A stretch of 64,000 nucleotides of DNA from Tubiluchus corallicola (Eukaryota > Animalia > Priapulida), in assembly GCA_030141605.1 (NCBI GenBank), contig JAQGDQ010001014.1:1-64000 (forward strand), given 5' to 3'. Positions 1-13,890 of this stretch are shown here, piece by piece. The position numbers and the translations under genes were made by a program. How positions within the stretch are numbered: the stretch's first letter is position 1; each line of letters starts with the position of its first letter. Below the pieces are notes generated by a model, which saw only the letters and a list, made by a program, of their open reading frames with translations, made no database searches and was not told the origin of the DNA.

Positions 1-299
1 GTTTAGTTACCGGTAGAGGGCGGGGCGCTTTTCTCTTTAGCTTATAAATTTAAATTAACCGAAAATTCTACTAACCAACTTATCCTGTTTATCCGTTGGG
101 CTAAAGTTTAATTATTGTTCCCCGAAGAAGTTTTCTGTTGTAAAATCTCCAGTAAGCAGCAGACACCCTGATTAAAGAAAGATTTATCTATGGTACATTG
201 ATTTTTGTGCAATAATTAGCCATTTATTGCTTTCGTTAGGGTTAAACCGGAGCATTTCGTTTTGCAACGTCGTTTAGCTTACTGCAGTCTTGTATTGCG

Positions 300-841
300 T
301 TAAAGGAAAGATCAACTCTTCTGGGAAGTGAGGATTATTTCAATGTTGGCGAAAAATGCTAGAAGGATTTGGTAATAAAATTTCGATAAACACCACCTGT
401 AATTAGTAAAGTCACTTTAATATCCGGCGCCTAGGCGCTCTCATTTTTAACGCCCATTCGTCCACCAATGACGTCATTCATCGGCTGACTAAAAGTAGTG
501 CAGTGTTGACGCCAGTAAAAGTATTATATCGTATAGGTAATTTTGTGATATTCTTCATTTAACATTAGTTAAGCTGCAGAAGTTTGAATTAGTTTAAGCA
601 GCGCGTGTTTACGGAAAGCCACGATGTGCTCAAGAAAAGTCGCGAAGACCACCAGTTACGTCATAATTTTCAAGTAAATGGTGGTTACCACCACGCTTAA
701 AAAATTCTGTTCAGCTGTAACAAAAATTAGACCAATGCTTTATAGACATTTCTTTGCAAATCTCTTTGTTATGTTTCCTTTGATTTAAGTGATAACAGTA
801 AAATAAACCCAACATACTGAGTGACTTGTTCTTTTCTTTAG
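300..841 (+). mobile_element. Non-autonomous TTAA-type DNA transposon (Kolobok/T2-like MITE, local family B)
   Basis: Starts TTAA-AGGAAAGATCAA and is colinear along its length with the reverse complement of 7272-8211. TTAA followed by AGGRR termini is typical of Kolobok/T2 MITEs. Confidence 0.65.
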
Positions 842-1272
842 CACACCACAAACAGTTTAAGTGATAACGGTAAAATAAACCCAACATGCTGAGTGACTTG
901 TTCTTTCTTTTAACACACCACAAACATTTTAAGTGATAACGGTAAATAAACTCAACATGCTAAGAGACTTGTTCTTTCCTTTAGCACACCACAAACAGTC
1001 TAAGTGATAACAGTAAAATGAACCCAACATGCTAAGTGAATTGTTCTTTCTTTTAACACACCACAAACAGTTCAAGTGTTAACAGTAAAATAAACCCAAC
1101 GTACTGAGTGACTTGTTCTTTCTTTTAACACACCACAAATAGTTTAAGTGATAACGGTAAAATAAACCCAACATGCTGAGTGACTTGTTCTTTCTTTTAG
1201 CACACCACAAACAGTTTAAGTGATAACATAAGTAAAATAAACCCAACATGCTAAGAGACTTGTTCTTTCCTT
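784..1272 (+). repeat. 72-bp minisatellite, about 6.7 copies
   Basis: Unit of the form TTTAAGTGATAACAGTAAAATAAACCCAACATGCTGAGTGACTTGTTCTTTCYTTTARCACACCACAAACAG starts at 784, 856, 928 and onward. Confidence 0.95.
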
Positions 1273-2019
1273 CAACTGTGCGTATTGCATTGCATAATTT
1301 CTTGCATTTTCTCCTGGCCGTGCAGATAAATGCCCAGGGGAGCCAAGTCGATGAGTTTTTTTGCAATTTTAGGGTCGGGTTTTTGTTCTGGCGTTTGCTT
1401 TTCATTGAATTTATCGTAACATAAAACATCGGCAAACGAACGAAACCCCCGCCGCGCGCAAATTGATACCGCGGATTGATTATGCGGCATGCGGCGACAC
1501 GTGACGTCATCAGCACAGTTGAAAATCGCTCGAGCGTGAACAAAAGCAGAAAAGGAGAAAATAACATTTGCATAACATATAAGTGATTCGTAGAAGCAAA
1601 GAGCTTGATCCCTGCCAGCTTTTTGAAAACACTAAAGCATGGGAGGTCTCTTAATTTATGTGATTAACTTCATCATTTATGCATGGAGATAACAAATTAT
1701 TAAGCACAACGACCTTGTATTTTACTCATCCTAGTGTCGAAATTAATAATTTAAATAAATAAATATTATATAATTGTCTGCTGTTCTTAAACTGGGACGA
1801 TGTACAGTAATGTAACAGTCACAATGTAATTAATATCACAGTATATCATTACATGATATAAGTTATGGTGTAACAACTATTATTAAATTATTTTAATAAG
1901 CTAATATTGATAAGCTGTTATAGTGTAATAACAGTCGCAGTTAGTAGTAATAATAGTTTGTGTTTTGTTGATCACTGATGCGATGAATTGTTAAGTGTTG
2001 TGCTTGTTGTGCTGCTCTG

Positions 2020-2435
2020 CATTGCATTGCATTGCTTTGTATTGTATTGTATTGTATTGTATTGTATTGTATTGTATTGTATTGTATTGTATTGTATTGT
2101 ATTGTATTGTATTGTATTGTATTGTATTGTATTGTATTGTATTGTGTTGTATTGTATTGTATTGTATTGTATTGTATTGTATTGTATTGTATTGTATTGT
2201 ATTGTATTGCATTGCATTGTATTGCATTGTATTGCATTGTATTGCATTGCATTGCATTGCATTGCATTGCATTGCACTGCTTTGCATTGCATTGCACTGC
2301 ATTGAATTGCATTGCACTGCATTGCATTGCATTGCACTGCATTGCATTGCACTGCTTTGCATTGCATTGCACTGCATTGCATTGCACTGCATTGCATTGC
2401 ATTGTATTGTACTGTATTGTATTATGCTGTGCTGT
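2020..2435. repeat. (ATTGT)n/(ATTGC)n pentanucleotide microsatellite
   Basis: Directly visible. It explains the CIVLY/QYNTI ORFs. Confidence 0.97.
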
Positions 2436-3894
2436 GCAATGACCTGCTGTGTTACTTTACGTCCTGCTTTGTTATTTTGTACCATATTCGTTTTCTCAAG
2501 GCATATACAATACGTTATGCTTCATGACGTTACGTTGCAGTGTGTTATGCTATGCCATACAGGAAAATTTATCTCTATGGTTTCATGACGTTACGTTGCA
2601 GAGCGTTATGCTATGCTATACACAAAAGTTTATCTCTGTGGTTTCAGATTTCAAATCAACGTCTATACGCAACTAATTGTTTTATACACGCGTTTAACGC
2701 AATACTAAACGAGATGTAACAATAGATCATTTTCACAGCAAGCTTTTTACGGCGCGTTCACACTAGGGAGTTTTCTCACCAAGTAACTCACAAGCATGTT
2801 CAGACTAAAGGGCAAAACTTGCGACGAGTTACTGTCTTACAGTAAGCGTGAGCTGACACTCACTTCCCTATTCACTGTGAGAAGTTTCGAGAGTAACTCA
2901 CCGAGGCGTTCACACTAGAATTTAACTAACTGTAAAATATTCCAATGTATACATGACTTTATATTACGTACTAAACGCTTCCAGTAATTTCTATCTAATA
3001 TAAAATGCATCAGTCTTAAATAATCGTACATTAATGCTTTCTAACCGTCATTTTCTACTAATGTCTAATGTTTGGGTTTTCAAAAACCAAATTCGAACTT
3101 CGGTTAAATTTTGCTCTTTCTTTGCTCTTTATTTGTCAAAACATGTCATTCCATCTAAACATAAGAAATTAGTGCCAAAAAATAACAAATAAACAAACAA
3201 CACTAGCCAAAAGTCAATTTTACATAATGAAGAGCTCCACACTGTACTGTCGTATTAACTAATACCTAGCAATTATATGAAAGTAAATTTAAATTTTATG
3301 ACGTAATGAGAGTATATACGTATGTTATTAGCCCAAAATCATAAGCAATTGTAGCAGATAACGACAATATCTTATCAACTTATGACACGTCTTCACTTCA
3401 CAGTAGGCCTCTGACCCAGATCAAATTGATCACGTGATTACGCGAAAAATCACCACAAGGTGGCCAAAGCCAACAACAAGCGAAGGCCGCCAAGCACGCC
3501 AATCCAAGATTTCCAGTACATCTAATGTATTCCTGTAGTAAAACTTGTCAGCTTGTGTAGTCTTACTGTAAATGTTCTTGTAAATAGTGTATAAAGTCTG
3601 TTCTGGTGATGATCCTAAAACATGTTGTTCAAACTGTCTGATCCAATCCTAAATAAATTATGTTTAAACTGAAACGTGACTTGCAACAATTCGTTTTTTC
3701 GAAAATTCCAAAACCTTGGAAACAATTGTTTGCACTTGACAACATCGACGGTAGAAGCAGGCAACTATCATCATGTTGACGTATTCGACGAGTGTTCGAT
3801 AATGAAAGTAGAACAGGCCAAAAAATTTTCTTAGAAATGACCACGTGTGAAAGGTCAGAGAACCACTGCAATAATACATTATTTTAGCACTAGT

Positions 3895-4923
3895 ATGGAA
3901 CTGTCAACTGCAGGTTTATATCTGCTTACATGGTTCTACTTTGACGAATGTCTCTCTACACTGAGCTCTACTTCTTCGCCTGTTGCGAATGTATTTGATT
4001 CTGACGTATTTGACGCAACAGAACTGTCTGCTGAACCTAGGATTCGAGGTGGAGAAGCAGTTAAAGAAAGGGAATTTCCCTACATAGTTTTTCTTGATTT
4101 GCCGGAGGATTATTGCGGAGGAATCCTCATTGATAATGTGTGGGTCTTGACAGCAGCTCATTGCTTTGACAAAGTTAAAAAACCGGGAGAAGATTTAAAA
4201 GTTTTATTGGGGCACAACACTTGGAGGAACTCGCCAATAGAACGTTGGATCAGGTGGTATCATACACACGCCCTTTATGATCCAAATTCGACAGTTTTTC
4301 AGAATAACGATATCGCCTTAGTGCGATTAAACAGGCGTGTTGAGTATACTGTCATTACCGGATTCGATCAAGATATTCTGCCTGCTAAAATACCCTTTTG
4401 TGAGAGAGCTAATTATGTTAACGAAATAGCTGTTTTAGCTGGATGGGGAAGTCATGGGATACGGGATGTTCCACCACGTATAAATGAGCTTTTACAGAAA
4501 GCTGAGTTACTGGTAGTAGACATGTACGGTGACTGTGCAGGAAAAGACCCCGCTCTTCTTATTTGCGCCTATAATCCAAGTCGCAGCTCTGATTTAGGTG
4601 ATTCAGGTGGACCCATGGTACTAAAAAGTACTGGACAGGTTATTGGTATTATATCCAGTAGAAGCGGTTTGAAATATCCATGGGACCAGGAATCGTGGGC
4701 TGATGGTGCGACAGTGACCACCGCTGTGAAGATTTCTCACTATTTAGATTGGATTGAACATGCGAAGCGCCTTTATGTACCTGACGGCAGCATCTTTGGC
4801 TTCGTACGCAACATGGCTGCTCCATTACATGGCACAACAAAGATAATTTACGCAGTTACACTGTACTTAGTTATTTTTTTCAGTGTGACGAAATGGGAAA
4901 AATTGCAGTATAAAGATCTCTAG
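3895..4923 (+). CDS. S1 (trypsin/chymotrypsin-family) serine protease, single coding exon, with signal peptide and C-terminal hydrophobic anchor
   Basis: ATG at 3895 (the track's GTG start at 3847 is unlikely in a eukaryote). Hydrophobic N-terminus, activation site R|IRGG, CGGILI..WVLTAAHC (His), NNDIALVRL (Asp), LAGWG, GDSGGP (Ser), YLDWI, then IIYAVTLYLVIFFSV. Confidence 0.93.
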   Translation: MELSTAGLYLLTWFYFDECLSTLSSTSSPVANVFDSDVFDATELSAEPRIRGGEAVKEREFPYIVFLDLPEDYCGGILIDNVWVLTAAHCFDKVKKPGEDLKVLLGHNTWRNSPIERWIRWYHTHALYDPNSTVFQNNDIALVRLNRRVEYTVITGFDQDILPAKIPFCERANYVNEIAVLAGWGSHGIRDVPPRINELLQKAELLVVDMYGDCAGKDPALLICAYNPSRSSDLGDSGGPMVLKSTGQVIGIISSRSGLKYPWDQESWADGATVTTAVKISHYLDWIEHAKRLYVPDGSIFGFVRNMAAPLHGTTKIIYAVTLYLVIFFSVTKWEKLQYKDL

Positions 4924-4931
4924 AGCACTCT

Positions 4932-4937
4932 AATAAA
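4932..4937 (+). promoter_or_regulatory. Candidate polyadenylation signal AATAAA for the protease gene
   Basis: AATAAA lies 9 bp after the TAG stop. Confidence 0.45.
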
Positions 4938-5027
4938 GCTTTTGACAATTTCATCTTTAAATTATCATGTTAAAATTGCTGTTATTGCAATTATTTCTGA
5001 CCAGACTAGTTGGTAAAAATACAAATT

Positions 5028-5550
5028 CCTAATAAAATTTGTTTGTTGCTATCAATCCTAATAAAATTTGTTTGTTGCAATCAATCCTAATAAAATTTGT
5101 TTGTTGCAATCAATCCTAATAAAATTTGTTTGTTGCTATCAATCCTAATAAAATTTGTTTGTTGCAATCAATCCTAATAAAATTTGTTTGTTGTAATCAA
5201 TCCTAATAAAATTTGTTTGTTGCTATCAATCCTAATAAAATTTGTTTGTTGCAATCAATCCTAATAAAATTTGTTTGTTGTAATCAATCCTAATAAAATT
5301 TGTTTGTTGCTATCAATCCTAATAAAATTTGTTTGTTGCAATCAATCCTAATAAAATTTGTTTGTTGTAATCAATCCTAATAAAATTTGTTTATTGCTAT
5401 CTATCCTAATAAAATTTGTTTGTTGTAATCAATCCTAATAAAATTTGTTTGTTGTTATCAATCCTAATAAAATTTGTTTGTAGTTATCAATCCTAATAAA
5501 ATTTGTTTGTAGTTATCAATCCTAATAAAATTTGTTTGTTATTATCAATC
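5028..5550 (+). repeat. 29-bp minisatellite, about 18 copies
   Basis: Unit CCTAATAAAATTTGTTTGTTGCWATCAAT. Confidence 0.95.
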
Positions 5551-6338
5551 AGAACATGCATCACTTAATGCATCATAACGTTTCTTGTCATGGGTCTTTA
5601 TGTTTTTTGAAAATTAAATTTTGTGTAAAGCCAGTCGAGATCTTGTTTATCTCTTAGTTGAAACTGAACTACACAAGTAGATTATTTTTTCGTTGTGTTG
5701 AACACTATGTGGGAAGAATGCACATTGCTGTTAAATAGTTGTTGGCTGCTAGTGGCTATTGTTGAGTTTTAGTGTTTACTGTTAATGATGGTTGAGGCAG
5801 CTTCCTTTTCCTTTTTTGAGTGGTTTTTGGGTTCTAGCTTGTGACGTAACTTTATAAAGCCGTCTATTTCGCCTTGACGCCAGTCACTTTTCCTTCTTAT
5901 TGTTCATGTGAAAAGTTTTTAACCAGTTTTTATATTGTGGCGTCACTATATAATTACTCTGTATTCTAGAATTCTACAAGGAAACAGATCCATAGCAAGG
6001 ATACATGGCATTTTAAATGCCATGTTCATGAATATTGAATTTATCCTGAAAGCTGGCTAGAAAAAACTAAATAAGCTTATAACCCAGTGCTTCGCATTCT
6101 GGATTGGTTTCAAACGTCACGCGCAGTTTTGTATTGTAAAGTTTAACAGTCAGTCAAATTAGGCCTCGTTTTGTTCATCATTAACTGTCTACCTACTTGA
6201 CTTGGCAACTATGTCAGAGGGCCTTCGATCAGTGAAGATGGTAGATCTAAATGTGTTTAATTGCAAAGATTTTGTTTGTTTTCCGTTTCCATCCAAAACG
6301 CAAGTCACGATAAATTCTTCTCTCTCCATATTTCAGTT

Positions 6339-6940
6339 CAGTGGCGTCGTGCTATGGGGGCCCGAGGGGCCTACCCCCCCCCCATTGTTTATAAAATGTT
6401 AAAAATTTTAAGGGTTTCGGCGGCTTGTAATAAGACCAATAAGGTGTAAAATTTTGAGGAACGGTAAAATCTCCCACTGTAGGCATGATATGCGATTATA
6501 TATACACATCGGTATGATTATTGATTGAATCTAATGTCTAATTGTTGCATTGATTATCTTCTGCTCTCGTGCTCTCGTGACTATGCTGCCAGGTAATTGG
6601 CCATTGGCCCCTTGCACTGGACCAATGATATTGCTTCCCCCTTTCCTATATAAACACTTGCAGTGTTAGCTGGATTAGAAAGCCGATTCTCTCTGATTAA
6701 ATTGTGGTGCGTCTCCTTACACTTAGAAAAAATTTAGTCATTATCAACAGTCAAGTAATTTTTAATTTTAATTCAATTTCTGTAGCTTTAAGTTAAATGC
6801 CAGTTGGGAATAAATAAATCGTTTTTCTTGCACGCAAAATACTGGTGTGGGAGTTCAAAATTATACGTTTTTTAAACAGTTAAGTTCGGCCATTATATGC
6901 AGTCAGGCCCCCTAATTTTTTTTGGTGAACGACGCCCCTG
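6339..6940. mobile_element. hAT-type MITE
   Basis: TIRs CAGTGGCGTCG ... CGACGCCCCTG, flanked by an 8-bp TSD TTTCAGTT/TTTGAGTT (7/8 match). Mirror copy at 63291-63892. Confidence 0.75.
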
Positions 6941-7271
6941 TTTGAGTTAACACTTGCCGCCATTAAAACCATTTTCTCTAGATGCAAAATCATTAATTAA
7001 CCAAGAGCTACTATTTGTGATAATGATTATTGAGGATATTTACCTCTATGTGAGCACATCTATGCTTAGTTTATAAATGAATTTTATAGCATTAAAAATT
7101 TCCATACAGAAAAAATGAGCTAAGTTTTGCAAATTATTTAAAGTATTTTTATATTACAACATAATTATGTTAATAATAAAATTTCCTATTACAATATTTA
7201 CAAAGGAGTCAATGAAAGATTTCCTTCATAACAGGATAGTTCCAATCCATGCTTCGATTTTAACACTAGGA

Positions 7272-8211
<940 letters not shown>

Positions 8212-8661
8212 ATTTTGAAATCCTTTTTGATTTTTTTTTACATCTGTTCATCTGGCATTCAAAAGAAATCAGAAAATTAATGCTTTAAAGCCTTTAAGCA
8301 CAACGAAAACCTGCTGTAACAGGTGGTGTTCATCTTGCTATTAAATTTTCTGGCAAACATCCAAAACAGACTAACTAATGGCTTAATTTTGTTGACAAAT
8401 TTTAGCACAAAGAGTTCGTTTTCTGTATTTATTTTCTTTCCTATGCGGCGCTTCTACAGATCTTGTTTTGTTGTTTATTTTCTTTCTTCTTTGTTTACTA
8501 GCCTTAAATTTTTCCTATTTTCGCTGTAAATAACGTTCGTTATTTTTCCATAACTCTAGAAATGTATAAATTTAATTTGTCATCACAGATATTGCATTTG
8601 TAGCGGCCTTTTTAGCAAAGAAAGTGTCAGCAAATCGCGCGGGTTACTTGCCAACGTCTTA

Positions 8662-8905
8662 GGCCCATTTCACACTCAGGACGCGCGGCAAAATTTCTCG
8701 AGGAGAAATTTCTTGCGGCGTTCCTCACGAAAATGGAACTCATTGTTTTCTATGGGCGCATTTCACAGTGAAGACCCGCGGCAAAATTCCTTGTGCAGTT
8801 TCTCGTGAAAAATTCTGCTGCCAGCTAGAAGTTATGCATCCTCCTCGTGAGAAAATTTTGCCACTTGGTAGAAGCACTACAAGTTCCATTTTCGTGAGGA
8901 ATCCT
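8662..8905. mobile_element. Possible PIF/Harbinger-like element end with internal repeats
   Basis: GGCCCATTTCACACT start and repeated CATTTCACA and CCTCACGAAAATGGAACT motifs. A related inverted motif occurs near 9650-9700. Confidence 0.3.
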
Positions 8906-8998
8906 TCTTTCTTATTTAACAAACAAGAATTAACACTTTGCAGCATAAAATTATAAGACTCGATCTGTCTTTTAACAGACCGATGATTTTATGTTTTA

Positions 8999-9446
8999 TT
9001 AACCCTTTCAGTCCCAAATTATTTTTTTAATAAGGAAAATTTTTTTAGCTTGGTACTTTTGTTCCCAATGTATCCTGTGGGATACACAGCATTCTTTGCC
9101 ATATGCAAAAAAACAAAGTCCGACTTTTTTAAAAACACAACAAAAGCAAAAAATGTGCTTCATTTTGCAAATGCTGATAATTTTTTAAAGTATTTAAGAC
9201 ATTTAATTATGCACGCTATGCTGATCTGTACAAAGTCGTCTCTAAACTACTGTACCTTGCGCAGTTTTTTATGCTATGTAGATTTTCTAGTTTGCCATTT
9301 TATCACCATTTTTAGTCTATTGTTATTTGCTTAAATCAAAATAACTATTAACAGATCAAATAACTGTCAGTTTTAAAATTTTATTAATTTTAAAGGCAGA
9401 AAATTTTCTCGTATCCCACGGGATACAACGGGTATGAAAGGGTTAA
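8999..9446. mobile_element. piggyBac-like MITE
   Basis: TTAA-CCCTTTCA ... TGAAAGGG-TTAA, i.e. TTAA TSD with CCC/GGG termini. Mirror copy at 60785-61232. Confidence 0.8.
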
Positions 9447-10530
9447 TGCAACATTGATGCTATGCTTTTGAAAAAGAAAAATAACGCACGCGAATACTTA
9501 TTTTGAAATGGTTAGTAGAACTTTACTAAAAACAAACAGGTTACTGACATTACATTGACTAACATTATCAATTATACTTCGTAGATGAGGAATACAGCAA
9601 GTATAACTTAATTTAGATATGATTATACAGCATAAAACTCGTAAAGTTGCTAACTGGACGCGGGGGAAAAAACCGCGGTGCTTTCACTGTGAAATGAACT
9701 TTTTTGCCGCTTGGGATTTCGAGAAAAATAGGAAATTTTTAGAAAATTATCTGGTTTTGACTGTGAAATTGACCTGTGAAATCCTGCAGTAAACGAGAAA
9801 AACTGTATCTGTAAGTAACTGTATTCAAGAAAAAGAGTGTATATGTGAATGGCCGTACTCAATAAAATGACTGTTTATGTGAGTAACTACTCTCACGAAA
9901 AATGACTGTATGACCCGAACTCATGAAAAGCAAAATGACGCATATAAGCACGTGACCATAATGCGCCTCAAATGAAAACTGATTGGTCAAACTAATTTGA
10001 ATTATGACGCTGCAATTTCCCCATCTTTTTGCTTTTTTTCAATGTTTCTGCTGCTATTATGTTTCACATTCATTATATTATTCGATGTCTATATAATTGT
10101 ATATAATTATTATATAAATATGGAAAACAATTCAAAGTAATCAGTAAAATGACTATTTGGTGACATTGTAGCGGCCATTTTGAATTTCCTACACACTTTC
10201 TCAGAATTTTTGCAGCCTTTTTATTTACATGTAATATATTGCCGAATTAAGACTTAAAATTGGTGAAAGCGTTGCTCTAATAGAACATTTGAGGCAAAGT
10301 TGACAAGAAGGATTATAATAATTGCTTCGATTAGTAGTGGTGTGTTAGTACAACACAGTAGACAGTGGCAGCAGACCCTGAACCACATGTAGAATTCTCA
10401 GGAGCAATTGAAAGGAGTTTGCTTTTAAATGGCGAGCCTTTTGGTTTTTACAGAAATTCCCGAAAACACGCGATTTTGTAAGTTGAGCATCTTTTACCAT
10501 TAATCGTATTTAGATCGACAATTTTTATAA

Positions 10531-10552
10531 TAAGTAAATAAGTAAGTAAGTA

Positions 10553-10635
<83 letters not shown>

Positions 10636-10680
10636 AAAGAAAGTAAGTAAGTAAGTAAGTAAATAAGTAAAGTAAGTAAT
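10531..10680. repeat. (TAAG)n microsatellite
   Basis: Directly visible. Confidence 0.95.
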
Positions 10681-12439
10681 TTTTTATTTTTCACCATAAA
10701 TTTACATTAATTTAACAATAATATATACAAAAATACAAATGAACATGAGAGAAATGGTGGCGAAAAATCAAAGGTTAGCAAGTCAACTACCCTTCTCAGA
10801 AAGACAGTAAACAAAAAGACGCTAATGAAAGCAGAACACAACTATTAAAAAATACACAAACGTCCATAAACACAAAAAACAAAAATACAACAACAGCAAA
10901 AACAAAAAACCAAAAACAAGTCGTTCCTAAATATAGTCAAACAAGAAGCATAATTATATGTGGTCCAAAACACAAAATCATATCAAAGAGAAAATTTTAA
11001 TGTTCAGAAAAACAACTTTTGCAAGATAAAATTTAAAATGAATCATGGTTATCAGATTAGCTAAACATTGTGAGACGAAATTTAAATCAGCAACTTTAAG
11101 AGAAGTAATAGTTATCAACTTTTTGTTTTATGGAAGTTATAACATATATCTGTAAAGAGACTAGGAATATACATGTGAATAGCAAAAAAAGAAAGAAAAA
11201 AGGTAAAAAAATATAGGCCTATAGCACCACGCTGTGCTGTGTGTAGGCCTAATATTGGATATATCTCCAATACAGCTACGTAACGTAAGCAACATATTAT
11301 ATGTTATGAATTTTATGTACTTAGCTTAGCATTTACAAAGTATTGCTTTACTTTAAACATGCTGCTTCACTCCACTCTTTTTACAACTGAGATGTTTAAA
11401 CAATTATAATTTTAATAATATTCAGACAGCCATATTTGTGTACAACCTGCCTCCGTCATTATTCTGAATTTAATTTTTAATTTAAATTTTCATATTCATA
11501 CATAAAACTCATACATATAACACAGAGATATTAGTCACTCTGCTACATTCCGCTGTCACTTTTTCTATAATTTATTGCAATTTTTCTATAAAATACTATA
11601 TAAAAATATAAAATGTAACATATATTTGGAATGACATTACGCCGGAAATTCGTACCGTTACCGTCGTTTTCAAATTAAAAAATTGAATGTTATATGTGTA
11701 TGTTGAACAGATGCAGTAAGCAAGGCTAAGCTTCTGCTTTGAAAATATATGACTAACTGATTTGAATTAACGGGACTCGTAGGTTGTAGGTTATTTTTAG
11801 CACACTCGTTAGGTTTTACACAGATACTATAGCTGTCAGCCGCCTCATAGAGCTCACTTCTTCAATGTTCGTGTTAGCAAAACTCCGCCCACAGAGTTAC
11901 ATAGAAATGGTTAATTTCGTTTTTATTTTCGTTTAATAGGACGATAATTACAATGGATAAATGAAATCAATTTACTTTTGATACGACAAGCCAACCAGAC
12001 AACCTAAGTGTTTCTGCATTGCAGTTTGTTTAGGTTCCACATATGCAATTTATAACCAAGAACTTCACTTCTAGCAAAGCTCCGTCCACATTATTAATGT
12101 ACGCGTAATAATGATGTTAAAGTTTTTTGTTTGTTTGTTTGTTCGTTCGTTCGTTCGTTTGTTTGTTTGTTTATTAGTTTGTATGTTTATTTGTTGTTAC
12201 TAATACACTTATACCAACAAAATTAAGTGTATGTTGACTAACTCCTTCGTGAAAATTTCTGAGTTCAAGCGCCATATTGTGGCAAGAAACTATAACACTG
12301 GCAAGAACAAATAATTTGGAAGTTAAACGCAATGATTGTGGCATTTAATTCATAAAATGAGTAAATTCTAATTCAGCGCAATAGTATTAATCAGGTAAAT
12401 TCATGAAACCATGTTAAATTTGAAACTCGCAAAATTTTC

Positions 12440-12502
12440 ACTATATTGGGACTCGAACCCAAGACATTCTCTGTCATGGCAAAGTCATTAACCGATACAG
12501 TT
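12440..12502 (-). mobile_element. Degenerate tRNA-like (SINE head) remnant
   Basis: Minus strand has B-box-like GGTTCGAGTCCC about 35 bp after an A-box-like segment. A similar motif occurs at 24380-24460 (-). Confidence 0.3.
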
Positions 12503-12829
12503 TTTCATTATTGCACGCTCTTAGTCCTTGATGTTTAGATGGGCGCCTGTTTTTGCATCTGCTTTTCTAAAAACCCTTCATCTCCCTAATAGAAAACACA
12601 AATAATTTATAACGTCATGACAACCTCATTATATCATATCCAGCAATGAAAATTGAAATTTGAAATTTTGGCCTTAAAAGGCCAATTTTTATGTTTCTTC
12701 GCTAGTGTCACACAACAACGCAGACACGTGCAAAAATGCCCATCAAAGGTTTCTCCTGTTGGAATGGTTTCCCCACTTGTGACGTTATCACTTAATTACG
12801 TTTTTAAACATCTTTCTGGTAATTATTAT

Positions 12830-12990
12830 AGATCTGTCAGATGTAATGTCACAATTACCTCTGAGGAAACAGTTAGCTATGGAGTACCTCAAGGTTTGAT
12901 CCTTGGGCCTCTATTATTTCTCATTTATATAAATAATATTAATTTCTTCAACATAATATTAAAATAACCTAGGATGCTGATGACACAGCT
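12830..12990 (+). mobile_element. Non-LTR retrotransposon (CR1/L2/Jockey-group) reverse transcriptase fragment
   Basis: Translates VSYGVPQGLILGPLLFLIYINN, followed after a disruption by ADDT (remnant of the YADD motif). Mirror copy at ~57240-57400. Confidence 0.85.
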
Positions 12991-13779
12991 ATATTTAATG
13001 GATATGAGCAAGCATCAAAGAAATTAAATGAATGTAGTGTAACAAGATGTTGCAAAATGATATGGGATAAAGCCCTGTTTGCCCTTATAAATATGACTAG
13101 CGGTTTTGGGTGTCACGTGACCGGCTGAAAGCATGTCACAGTGGCTTCATGAGCTTCTATCACATAAATTAATTCCAGCCACGTTGTATGACGTCATATA
13201 AACGTTTACTATAACCAAGAATTCGCGAAACGCTACTACTTGTCCTGAAGAAATTTTATTATTGAATTTAATTAAGCTCGATTTTATAAGGTGTCATTAA
13301 CATCAGAATTTATAAGCTCTCTACACATGTGTTCAGCAATAAAGAATATCGATGAATAATAGCCATGTCCCATGTGCTACATATGTGCTGCTTGAGGAAA
13401 CAAGACTGTATGTATAGTGCTGAACACTATAATGTTACAATTGACGGATTATAGCCTGTCTTATTGATGGAACATACAAAGGGACAAGAATAATAAACAG
13501 GTACTTTGTAGAATGTTTGAGCATTATTGATTACAATTTTATGTATTCTTCGCTCATAAACTGCCTTCCGTATGTAAGTATGCTTTGTCTTTTGATCAAC
13601 GTATTACTATCGTTAAAGAAGCGAGTAAAACATGCAGTAAACAGAAATTATGTAGAATGTTCGCGCATTATTGATTACAATCCTATATGTCTCTTGATTA
13701 TAAGCTGTTTTCGGCATGTATACATACTACACAGGCCTATCTAACAAACGTATTGAAGTCGTTAACCGCAGAAAAATGA

Positions 13780-13890
13780 CAGCATCTCTTTTTTTCTCGG
13801 GTTTCTTATCTCTGGAATTCTCTACCAAAAAGTTGTTTCCCTGAAAACTACAATCTCACTCAATTCAAGAAGAGCACCAACAGGTGCTCT
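13780..13890 (+). mobile_element. LINE (CR1/Jockey-group) ORF2 C-terminal remnant
   Basis: Translates ..FFSRVSYLWNSLPKSCFPENYNLTQFKK, matching the LWNSLP..FP..Y.L..FK tail of this LINE group. Confidence 0.6.

Noticed and set aside
1941-2588. Multiple long ORFs (QCNA/CIVLY repeats)
   Set aside because: Translations of a pentanucleotide microsatellite.
3847-3894. Upstream GTG start of the protease ORF in the track
   Set aside because: Eukaryotic gene. ATG at 3895 directly precedes the signal-peptide-like segment.
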